Part shown: positions 40,656-51,734 of the stretch, one piece after another
How the letters are laid out: every line of letters begins with the position of its first letter
Position numbering within the stretch: position 1 is the first letter of the stretch
NCBI RefSeq assembly: GCF_009834535.1
Contig: NC_045713.1
Coordinates: 21,762,001-21,826,000 of the forward strand
DNA: 64,000 bases
Direction of reading: 5' to 3'
Origin: Camelus ferus
Lineage: Eukaryota
Position numbers and translations under genes: made by a program
The notes under the pieces: generated by a model
Databases searched by the model: none
What the model saw: the letters and a program-made list of their open reading frames with translations, nothing else
What the model was told of the DNA's origin: nothing

Positions 40656-42339
40656 TACACAGGCCCTGGCGCTGGGCACAGAGAAGGCAGAAGAGGCTCA
40701 GTAGAAGGAAGGGAGGGGGAACCCCAGTCAGCTGTCCCAGCAGAGACTGGGTGGGGGGTTCCACTTCTGGAGTCACTAGGATGTTACTGCCCATGCCCCA
40801 GTCTCTGAGGCTGACAGTGGGCTCCTGGCGCCCTCTGGTGGCAGTATGAGGAGTCAGCCCTGGGCCCCTGGCTCACCCACCCTCACCCTCCACCTCCCCA
40901 CTCTGGGCAGAGAATGGGCCTGTGTATGTTGGTGCCAGGGAGCGGCTCCTTGAGGGTAACCTGGTCCAGAATGGGCACATGCCTGGCCCTGAGCTGGCCC
41001 TTTGACACCAGGTTTCCCCTGCCTCCTGCCCCAGATGCTTCTTCAAGGGGACTGGTGAGGCTATCACTCACAGACAAGGGCTGTCTCTCACAGCTCCTGG
41101 CCCCACCAGGGAAGCACCAAGTGTTGTTAGCCATCAGAGGTCTGTTGCCCAAAGGACAGGGAGCCCAGAAGACCATACCTGGCTTCAATTGCTGTGGGTG
41201 CAAGAGCAGACATACTGCAGGTGCTCAGTAAACACCTGGAGTGTGAGTGCTTGGATAGACAACTGACATCCAAAACCTCAGGTATCCCCTCCTGATGTCT
41301 GTGCTCAGTTTAGAGGCTCCTTCAAAGTCCCCCAGCTCCAGATCCTTCAGTGCCCTGACCCTCCAAATGGGCCACACTCAAAATCTAGGTCCTGGCCTGG
41401 CAGGGGGCTGGAGGAGATGCTGGGACAAGGAGCCGTCCAAGGTGAGCCCTTCCCTGAACAGTGCCTGGGACAGGGGAGGCAACCCCACAGGGTGAAGGGC
41501 ACAGGCAGGAGCACTCATGACCAAGATAGGGGCTGGGCTGGTCCAGGGCCTGTGGGAATAACACAAAAGCCAAGCAGAGTCAGTGGCGGGCAGGTTGGGA
41601 GGAAGAGTGCCCAAGGCCTGGATGGAGCTTAGGGCAAAACAGGGACTGGAAAGGTGGCCAGTGGGAGGTGGGCAGGGACAGCCCCAGGCCCAGCAGCCAC
41701 CGAGGAGTTTGAACTTGGCTTCAAAGGGACAGCAAACACAGCCCTTAGGGAAATGGTGAGAAAGCCCAGAGAGAGGTCAGGTTCTCTTAATTGCCCAAGA
41801 CTGCCCACTTGGGCTCCCATTTCAGGAAAAGCAGGGTAGAAGGAGAGATGTGTCCCCAGCAGAGCCTGTGGCCACTGAGACCTCTGCAGCTAGGATCTCC
41901 TGAATATGCTGCTTCAGCTGCCCAGGGCAGGGTGCTGCACCCCTGGGAGAAGCTGGGGGCAGGAGACGATGAGGGCAGTTCCCATAACTGAGAGCCAAGG
42001 GGTGCCAGAAAGCAGCTAGAATCTGGACCACCCAGTGACACAATCCAATGGTGTCCACCATGAAGACTGGCCTGGATTGCTCCTGACCAGCCTGACCTAG
42101 GGAACTCCAGGGTGCTGGAGAGACCAGTCCTCCTAGAGACCCCATCAGGGAGTCATATCTGCCAACTCTGCAACCTTTGGTTCCCTTTCACCTGCACAAC
42201 CCCCGCCCTCCACCCCCAGGTGGAATCTGACCTCGCCTACCCATGAGCCTGTACCTTGGGACACGTGGCAAATTTCCTCCCTTTGATGAGAAATCCACCC
42301 CCCTACATACACCTTGCATCTTCTCCAGGAGCCAAAAAT

Positions 42340-42480
42340 GCAGCTGCAGATTGATTTGCAGCCGAACTAAAAATAACTGCCAGGCTCCAGCCAGGGCCCG
42401 GGAAAATATCCCATTGCTAGGAGACAGCCGTTACTGGGAGACCGCCATTGCTAGGCAACAGGGTTGCCATGGTGACAGCT
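42340..42480. promoter_or_regulatory. Candidate enhancer: E-box, MEF2 site and four tandem RFX X-boxes
   Basis: CTAAAAATAA (42367-42376), ATTGCTAGGAGAC (42413-42425), GTTACTGGGAGAC (42430-42442), ATTGCTAGGCAAC (42447-42459), GTTGCCATGGTGAC (42463-42476). Confidence 0.7.
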
Positions 42481-44759
42481 GGGCCCTGAGTCATCCTCAG
42501 CTCTGGCCGCTCCGCCCCCCTGCCCCTGGTGAGCCAGGCCTGGGTCCTAGGAGGAGGGAAGGCAGGGAAACAGAAGCTGGAAACAGCAGAGAGGCCGACT
42601 GCCTGCTGCCCGCCACCCATTGCTGCCACAGTCGCCCCAGGCTGTGAGGTCCTCACTGTCGTAGGTGCCCATTCTGGCTGCAGAGTGGCCAGGACAGACA
42701 AACACACCTGCCCACCCTATATGTTTCCCTCCCCAGGCACTCTTGGCGCCCCTGTCTCTGTGTGGGGAGCAGAGGCAGTGAGGAGCAGTGTCCATCTGGC
42801 CCATGGCTCCAGAGCAGGAAGCTTCAGAGCCAGCCTGATCACTCTGGAGCATGGGGTTCTCACCACCTGTGCTGCACTAGGATCTTCAGAGCATCCTCTT
42901 GGACCCCCGACTCATTTTCCAGGAGGAGAACTACCTGTCTGAGGCCTCATCCAGGGAGGGAGGATTTGGGACCCATGCCTGTGGTTCCAGGGCACACGTT
43001 CCACTCCAGAGCCCCCCAAGGAAAGGCCTGAGGACCTCCTGCAAGGAGCCTCAAGGAGTTTCAGAGCCACTGCCCCAGACCTCAAGAGCCACCAGTGGGG
43101 AACTCTGTGGTAAGCAGCCGATTCCCTGATGTGACAGTGGCTCCCTCTTTCAGAGCCCTCCAAGGTCTCAGGATGGGACATGCCAACAGCCTTTGGTCCT
43201 CACCCCTTCATGACTCCAGAGCTGGAAACCCCCAGCCACCTGGACTGAAGAGACTCTTCGGTGTCTAGGCATCAAGATAAGGGGTGCTCCATGTGAGAGG
43301 TGCTCCAGGTGAGGGGTTCTCCAGATGAGGTGATGCTCCAGGTGAGGAACATGGTGCCCCCTTGGACCTGGAGGGAAGCCAGTGTAGCTGAAGCTCTAAG
43401 AGCAAGGGGCCAAGTACAGGGCAAGGCTTCAGGCCAGCAGTGACAGAGACTCAGGGCTTTGCAGGCTGCAGCAAAGAGCAGAGGGAGCCCTGGGAGCATG
43501 GGGACCAAACATGCCTGTAAAGTGACCCCTCTACAACTAGAACAGGTGGGGGCAGGGGGAAGAGGAGCCCCACAGTAGTGTTTCATGTCCCTCTAAGCAA
43601 GTGCTCAGATTCTCCCAAGGCAAGTGACCTCCTGACCCCCTCAAAGCACCAAGTGAAACCCTGCCCACCAGTCAGGACACCATCTACACCAGGGTCCATG
43701 CTGACCCGTGCCTGCACACATGGGGTGGAGGCTGAGCTGGAAGGCCAAACTGCCAGACCCACACACTGGAGGGAATGGGATGGGTTGGACAACAAACACT
43801 CTCCCAGTCACCTCGAAGTCTTCGGGCAACCCACCCTTCCTGCCCAGGCCAAGCCTCCTCCTTTGGTCAGCGTCAGCGAGACTGTGACTCTGCAGTCAGC
43901 CACATGGGAGAGCTGCCTTCACCCCATCCAGTGTCCCACACACAGCAAGAGTGGCACAATGCCCCTCAAACCAGCCAGGGTCAGACCAGCCTGGTTCCCC
44001 CTCCCACTGCCCTCCCGTTACACCAGCCTCATTGGGCCCCACTTCCTGTCAAAATGTTGCAGACACCACTGGTTTCATTTCTATTAAGGCTCTCTCAAGG
44101 GGGCTGTCTCTCAGCTCTGAGGCCTTTCTCTGATGCGAAGACCCCACTTTGCTCTCCCCACACCTGTTCCCTCTGCCATCTCTGCTCCCAGGAGACCCCA
44201 GAATGGACAGCATTAGCTTCTGTCCTCTGTCCTGGGCCGGCTTGGAGGCCTGGTGTCCCCAGTGGCCCAGACAGAGCCCTCCACACCCTCCCACCACACC
44301 CCACCCCACCCTCTTTCCCAGTCTGTCCAGACTAAGCTGCCACCACTGAAACCTCCAGTCCATTCCAGAGGGTACTCGCCAGGCTCCTTAAGGCCTCAGG
44401 ACCTTTGCACACCCCTCCCTGGACAACTTTCTCTGCCCTCTCACCCTTGGGGGGGTCTCAGCTCTGGTGTCATGTCCTCAGGAACTCCACTATCACCATC
44501 ACCCTCCTGGGGTCACCATTCCGTGGCTCTCTTACTTTCATCACACTCATCACTTTCTGAAATGATCTCCTAGTCACTTGTTTCTGGCTTTGCAGGTGTG
44601 CAACTGTGTTCCCCACTGAGGGAGGTTCCTGTGCCTGGCACCTAGCAGGTGCGCAGATGAGTGCCCTGAAGGGAGCCTCACCTTCTGCTCCTCAGGAGGA
44701 GCCAGGAGGAAGAGGGTCGGACCGTTCGCTCACCCCTGGGCCAACCGCTGGCGCCCAAG

Positions 44760-45500
44760 GGCTCGAGTCCTTTTCGCCCCTCAGGATTTGGGGTTCCCCA
44801 CCGCTTCACACAGGCAGAGCTTGCTCCGGGCCCGCTCTCCGGCCGCGCGCCCTGACTTACTCGGCCCTCCCCTCCCGGCCATGCGCCCAGGTTTGTTATT
44901 GTGCGAGCGCCCGTGGCGAGGGAGGGCAGGGGTGCAAGCCGCGCTGGCGCGTGCCCGTGGGCACCGCGGCGGGAGCGCGCTGTGCGCGCGGCAGGGCGGG
45001 GCGGGGCGGGGCTGGCGAGGCCGGGCTTGGCATCCTCGGCGCCCCCGCCCGGGCTCGCCAAACCGGATTGGCTCCTGGAGCCGGGAGCGCGCAAAGGCGC
45101 GGCGCGTAAGGCTGGGTGGGGGGCGCGCGCGGCGCCGCCGGCGGCCGCGGAGGAGCGCTGGGAGGAGGGCGGAGGAGGAGCGCGGGGAGGAGGACGAAGG
45201 GAGGGAGGAGGTGCTCTCCTGGCTCCCTGCAAAGCGGCCTTATTTATCTGGGCACAGCCTCAGCCTCCCCGGTGGGAGGCTTGGGGCGGCCGATCCTCTC
45301 CCACCGGGGAGTTCCTCTCGGAGCGCGGCCGAGGGGGCCGGCCAGGCCGGGGCTCCGGGCGCGGGGCGCGGCCGGGCCCTGCCGGCCAGGCCAGCACCTC
45401 GGCCGCCTCCCCGCTTCGCCGGTGCGCATGCCGGGCTCCCCATGACGGGAGGACGCCCGGTGGACAGCGTGGCATGAGCCAGGAGCCCGGGCCGAGGTAA
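44760..45500 (+). promoter_or_regulatory. FBXL16 CpG-island promoter
   Basis: Very CpG-dense, with GC boxes (GGGGCGGGGC at ~45002) and an inverted CCAAT (ATTGG at ~45067). Confidence 0.75.
45180..45496 (+). other. FBXL16: Probable non-coding first exon of FBXL16 (5' end approximate)
   Basis: Lies in a CpG island and ends at a strong donor CCGAG|gtaagg (45496/45497). A matching acceptor tgtctgcag| sits at 51720/51721, 14 nt before the ATG. Confidence 0.7.
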
Positions 45501-48500
45501 GGTGTGTGTGCCGGGCCAGGCTACAGGGCAGGGAGGAGGCCAGGCCACAACACCGTGGATACTACAATGAGGAGGGGGTGGGGAGGGGGCTTGGGACAGC
45601 GCCGCCGCTGCCACCCCCAGAGGGCTTACGTAACCGCAGCCCCTTCCCTGGCTGCTGCAGCTGGGCCTCTGGCCCTGCCAGACCTTCCCACAGCCCTTCA
45701 CCCCAGTGGCCCGCCTCGTCGAGACTCAATCCCCATGGCAACTGTACCTGGGCTGTAGGTTGGTGCCACCTGACTGTGGCCCTGTGGAAGCTGAATTGCA
45801 GACCCCCAGCTGGGCTGCTTAGGTGAGGTCCTGGACCCGACTGCACTCTGGGTTCCCCACCCCAGCACCATGAGCCCTGGGCCTGTGAGAGAGGTGTTAG
45901 GTATAATTACACTACCGGAGGAGCTTGTGGACGCTTGGCCTGGAGCTGATCTGCCCCTGGACACCTCCTGGACCCAACCCTGTGTGGAGCTGCCACAGTG
46001 GGAGAACAAGGGGAAGGGAGGGAGCTGGCCATGTGCCTGGTTCTGGAGGAGGGCTGGGAGCTGACCAAGGCTGGAGGGCCCCAGAAGGAGGACTGGGCAC
46101 TCTGAGACTTGCTGGGGGGAGTCCTGTCTTTCTGGAAGTTTGAGTGGATGGGGAGAGTCCCCCACTTATGACCCCAGAAGGAGAGGAGGCCTGGCTGTTG
46201 GAGCCTCAGGGAAGCCATGGGCCAGTGGCCACTCCTCCAGCCCCTCCCAGCATCTGCACAGGAAGCTTTCCCTCCATGGAAGGAGCAGATGGCGGATGCT
46301 GCTTCACCTGCCACTTCCCAGGACCCACTGACCAGGCTCAGCTCAGGCCTCCCTGTGCCAAGCGGGGCATAGGGCCTCTTCTCCCAGCAGACTCCTTTGA
46401 GGACTACTAGAGAGCAGCCTTGGAGAAGGCCTGGGTTGGGTTGGGACCCTGAGAGGTTTGGGGTCCCACAGACCAGGGGAGAGGACTGATGGAGACCTAC
46501 TGGCCCAGCAGGAGGTGGCCACAGGGCTGGACCAAGAGCTGTCTGGGGAGGAGGGAAATTCAAGCCCCAGTCATAAACATGGGCAGTGCAAAGAGGGCTG
46601 TTTGGGCCCCAGGGGACCCCAGGACTCATCTGGCCCAGTGCCTGCCACCTCCACTGCCTAGTGCCCCCACCTCTACTACCCCTTGGGCCAGGCCTACAAG
46701 CACCTTTAATGCTATGGAGGTTCACTGGACAGATCCCATCCTCCAGCTTACATCCACTTCCAGGCCACTTGAGCGAGTCCTATCTCCCACTGGTCAGAAG
46801 GAAACAAGTGGCCTCTGAGGTCAGGGGACCTAGGACACTCAGGACAGCTGGGTCTGGCCTCAGGAAGGACTGCATGGCTGAGAGCCAGGGAGACATCTCA
46901 CCCAGAGGTCGGGGAAGGGGTTCCTTGGCTAGCACAGCTTAGCTGTTGGCCGCCCCTGTCTTGTCACACGTAGGAGCTTGCTGCTGTGTCTCGGAGGTCT
47001 GGCGTGGGGGGAAAGTGGAGGTGGTGGCAAAGGAAGCTCTGTGGGGTAAGTGGGTGGCCCAGAACCTTCCCTACCAATGGCCCAGGATGAGCCCTAGGCA
47101 GACCAGCTGCAGAGAGTGGGCTCAGGCCACATTCCTTCGTTTGGGAGGGTTTGGGGCAGCCGCCCAAAGCAGCAGGGACTGGATGGGGGCTCAGGTCCTT
47201 CAGAGCAGAGGGGCCAAGATGAGGCCTGGAGCCCAGGATCCACTCCCCAAGGTGCCCACAGTCCCATATGGCTGAGCTGCCCTGACTTTGGCCACAGGAC
47301 TCAGTCTGCTGGAGCACCAGCTCAGGTCTCCCTCAAGGCCCACATGCTCCATTCCCAGAGCCCCTGGTGCATGGGTGGGGCAGCCTGCACCTCAGAAGCA
47401 TCTCCAAGCTGGGGGCGGGAGGGTTGCGCTGCTGCGAGGACATGTGCAAAGTGGCAGGGATGTGAATGTGCCTGAGTCACGGGGCTTGTCATGGAGTGTG
47501 TCAGCCCGCAGTGTGTCCCCAATCCCAAGATACCTCAGGTGTCACCCCAGACCCTGGGGCTGCCACTGCAGATGGACCTGATGTAAGTTTTTCTGGCTCC
47601 CCACTTGTGGTCTGGAGGCATACGAAGGGCTCAGACAGCAATGGGGAGGTGGACGTGGTGCTGGGAGAGCAGGACAGGACCAGGCTTCCCTCCTTTCTGG
47701 TGCTTCCTGTCCCTTTCCCCTTAGGTCTGGCCAGATTATGCGGGACAGGCAGCCAGCTTCCTAACCCTGCAGCACTCAATGGGGTACTCAGCCAAAAAGG
47801 AGACCTGAGCCATCCTCTTCCCAAGGGTCTGAATAATGGCAAGGCCCACCTCAAGCCCCAGGGTCTTGTGAGACTTCCCAGAGACTCTGACACCAGCCCA
47901 GCCCCAACCCCAGTGGCCCCCCCTCCCATGTGGACACTGGCCTCTGTCACAACCAAGACTGACGAGTTGAACTACAGCTCTTGCATTGACTGCCCTCCAT
48001 CCTGCTTCCTGGGCCTCTGGCAGCTGCACCCCTTTCTGCATGACCCTGATAAATGAACTGCCATTCTTCATTCATTCAGCAAACTGCCAGAGGCCACTCA
48101 GCCATTGTGCTGTCTGTCCTCAAGGAGTCACCAGCCAAGGGGAGAAGTAGGCAGGTAGATAGTGATGACAGAGACTCTGGAGATGTGGGGGTCCCACAGG
48201 GAGAGGCAGGGGCAGTACTCACACTGAAGATGCAAGAGAACAAGCTTGCAGGGTTAAGGAGTAGGGAGGTCTACTGAGCAAGCAGGGGAACCAGCTTGTA
48301 CCCAGGCAGAGACGGGGAGGGAAGGAGGAATGCGGTACCGGGGTCTGGCTGGACTTTAGGGTCAGGGATGGAAAGGAACTGGAAGTGAGGCTGTAAGGTG
48401 GATTTGCTGGGTCTCAGGGCCCAGTGACTTGACCTGCAGAAGAGGCAGCTCCTTAGGAAGTCCCACATGGTGATCTGCAGACTGTCAGCCAGGAAGTCAC

Positions 48501-50089
48501 CAAGTTCTGAAGTCCTCCCAGGAGTCCCCAGGACCCCATCATGCTCCCTAGGTCCACTCTGGCCCCCATGCTTGACATGAGTCAGCTGGGGAAACAGAGA
48601 CCATGGTCAGCTCTCCCAAGTGGCACCCTGATCCAGCTCTGGCTCAGGCTGGTATGGACAAAACAAATAAAGTAGTGACCAGCATCTCCTGTCTTCCCCT
48701 GGAATGAACCCAGGAACCTCTAATCCCCGCAGCCCATCCCAGGAGGGGACCTCCCTCAGAATTCCACTCTGCACAGACACAACACACCAGGGGCTGAGGC
48801 TAAGAAGAGTGCAAACTTGGCCATCTTTGTTTTTAAAGCCCCTTTTCCTGGTTTTAGCTCCTGGTGCTTGTCCCAAAGCGGGGAGATAGTCCCCAGTGGA
48901 CTGACAGCTGCCCCTGCCCCATCCTGGCAAGAAAATCCAAGCAGGTCTTCCTAACCCCACAGGGTACAGTGGGGGCAGTCACAGGTACCAAGAAGATAGG
49001 GGGCTCTGCAACCTGTCTGGCTGGGTGGGTGGGGCCAGGCCAGGAGAGGAGCCCTCATCTCAGCCCCCCAGGGACCTCTTGCCTAACTGGCAGGAAGAGC
49101 CATCTGTGACATGAGCTCAGGACTGAGGCTAGGTCAATGAGCCTGGAGTATAGGGAGCAGCTGGAGCACAGCAAGACTATGGACAAGATTGTAGAGCAGC
49201 AAGGCTGCCTCTGGGGAGGCAGCTCCAATCTAGGGTGGGGGGAGGGGTTGAGGAAGGAGAATTTACCTACAGGCCGGCCAGTGCCTTCTGGCCTGGGATG
49301 GGGGTGTGGGACAAGGGGCCTCAGACACTCCCCACAGGCTGCTGAGGGCCATCTTTGGCTTGGCCCTTCCCTCCCTTGAGCTCTCTTCCATGGGCCACCT
49401 CGACCCAGAGGCCTGGAGGGTGGGGATGAGACTGTGGGTGTATGCAAATGTGAGTTCCCGCGGGGGATGCGGAGGGAGCCCCGCAGATGCCCGGGGCATA
49501 CACGTGATCCCGTCAACTCAGGCACTCCACGTGCACACCCATGGCTCAGAGCATTTTCAACCTAAATCGGTACTGCTCTTGAGTTATTTCTCCCCTGGTG
49601 CCGCCTCCGCCGCCTCCTCGGAATCTTAGCCGAGCCGGCGTCCCCTCCCCGCTCCCTCCAGCCTCCAGGGCCCCTCCCTGCTGAGCTGGGTTTGCCAGGC
49701 CATCCCGAGGTCCTGCCGCTGTCCGTGGTGGAGCGGGCGGGCCGGGCCTGGCCTGGCCTGGCCTCCGAGCCCCCGGAAGGCGGCTGGAGGGACGCTGTCC
49801 ATGGTGCTGCCGGCAGGCGTCAGGCCGGCCGCGCCCGGTCTGTGGCAAGCCGCCGTGCCCTGCTTCAGGGACACAGAAGGTATTCAAGCTGGGGCTGCCT
49901 CTCTGTAACCAGCACAGTTCACAGGAGGGAGTTGCCAGGATAGCCTCACCCCTGGCCCCAGGAGTGGAGGAGGACAGTCGTAGGCTTCATCCTGTCCCAA
50001 AATGAGGCACTGCTGTCCCATCATGGTCCCCTCCTACGTACTGGCATTAAGGGATCTGGAGCAGCCCTCATGTCAGGCTGTCCCTGCCA

Positions 50090-51540
50090 CTGTGGGCAAA
50101 CTGTAACTCTTGGGCGCCTCAGGCTCCTAATCTGAAAACGGTGGTAACAGTAGTGCCCCCACCAGGGCTGCTGTGAGATTGAAATATACAATTAACCCAG
50201 TGGGCATTCAGCAAACGTTGTTATGGATGTCCCGTATCGGCCAGTGTGAGCAAGAGTGGTCATGAGCTGCAGTAGGGGCAACCAGGGTGTGGGAGCCTCC
50301 TCTGGGGAAGGAGGACCCAGGGTGGACTGCAGCCGGGAGGTTCATGGCTACCAGGGCAGGAAGGCCTTTGGACCCAAAGGCTTGTGGGTTGGCAGCCACA
50401 AGGGCCACGTATTTCAGGAAGACCCTTGGTCCCAGGCCAGGATGCACCCCCTCCCCAGACGTGAAATCCTGGCAAGTATTGTCCTGTCCAGGGCTTGGAA
50501 GCCAGTGGAGGGCATGGCGCTGGGAAGAGCCAGGCGGGACCACGGGCTTCCCCCATTCCTGGTGACTCCCGTCCTCTTCCCCTCTCGCCAGCAGGCTCAC
50601 TACAAGCCATGCACTACACTTTGTCCTTTTCCCACACTGTCCCATGAGGCGATATCATCACCTCCTAGGCTTTGAAGTGAGGAAAATGAGGCATGGAGAA
50701 GGGAAGTGGCTCACCAAGGCTATACAGCCAGGGTGGGGTGAGCCACTGGGTACATTACTTTCTTGCTGAATGTCTGAGGTAGGGGCAGGCAGGAGATCTA
50801 GAATGAAGAATAGATGATGGCATTGTGAGGGTCCCACTGCCCCTTGTCTCCAGGGTCATCTGTGCCCAGTGAACTCTGCCAACCATTCACAGCCTCAGAG
50901 GCCTGAGGAAGGGAGCTGGGTGATGGTCTTAGCCCCACCCTGTGGGAAGCTCCCTACACATAGCCTTCCACAGCCAGCTCTGTGTCTGAGTCTTGGCTCC
51001 ACCACTTACTATGACCTCAGACAAGCAGTTCGGCTGCCTCAGCCATGAATTCCTCACCTATACAATGGGTACAGTCATCATAGCATCATCCTCAATGGGT
51101 TGAGTGAAGGATTGAAGAAATAATGTTTCCAGGGCTAACTGTGCTGGATCATGGTAAACACCCCAGGAAGACACTTGCCCTTTCTTTGGGTAGATTCTGA
51201 ACCACAGAACTTCCTGTAGCCACTGAGATTCTCCGAGGTTGGTGTGTGAGTTTCAGAGGGGGTACTGGAACCACTCCAGAGAGTACCCTGGCACCCCATA
51301 GAGGAGGGACCAGAGAATGTCCCAAACCCTCAGTTCTTCAGCCCCTGCCCAGTAGAGGCAGGCCTCGCAGGCACTGACAGTAGGCATCAGGGTAGCAAAG
51401 GCAAAGGGAGCAGTCACAGGTGAGTGTCTGTCTCCCTCAGCCTCTGTTCTCTTATCTGTAAAATGGGAGCTGTAGTACCTATGTGGCAAAATGTTCTGTG
51501 AGTGGGTGGAAGTTGAGCTAAGAGCATATAGAAGGTGCTC
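50090..51540. mobile_element. Cluster of MIR SINE fragments in FBXL16 intron 1
   Basis: MIR core strings: CTCAGGCTCCTAATCTGAAAACGG (~50120), GAGGAAAATGAGGCATGGAGAAGGGAAGTGGCTCACCAAGG (~50680), ACTTACTATGACCTCAGACAAGCAGTT..TTCCTCACCTATACAATGGG (~51005), CTTATCTGTAAAATGGGAG (~51450). Confidence 0.7.
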
Positions 51541-51734
51541 AGGGAGCGTCGTGGTCATGACCAGCCCTGCCCTCCTGTAGCTGGGGGGTGGGACTTGCAC
51601 TCAGACCCCTTCTTTTGGGTGGTTCTGGGAATGATGTGGGAAGGGTTGCCCAGGGATGGAAAGGAGCCCAGCTCTACGCCGGCAGCAAACTCACTCCCTC
51701 TTCCTGGATCCTGTCTGCAGACCGAGTGAGGAAG

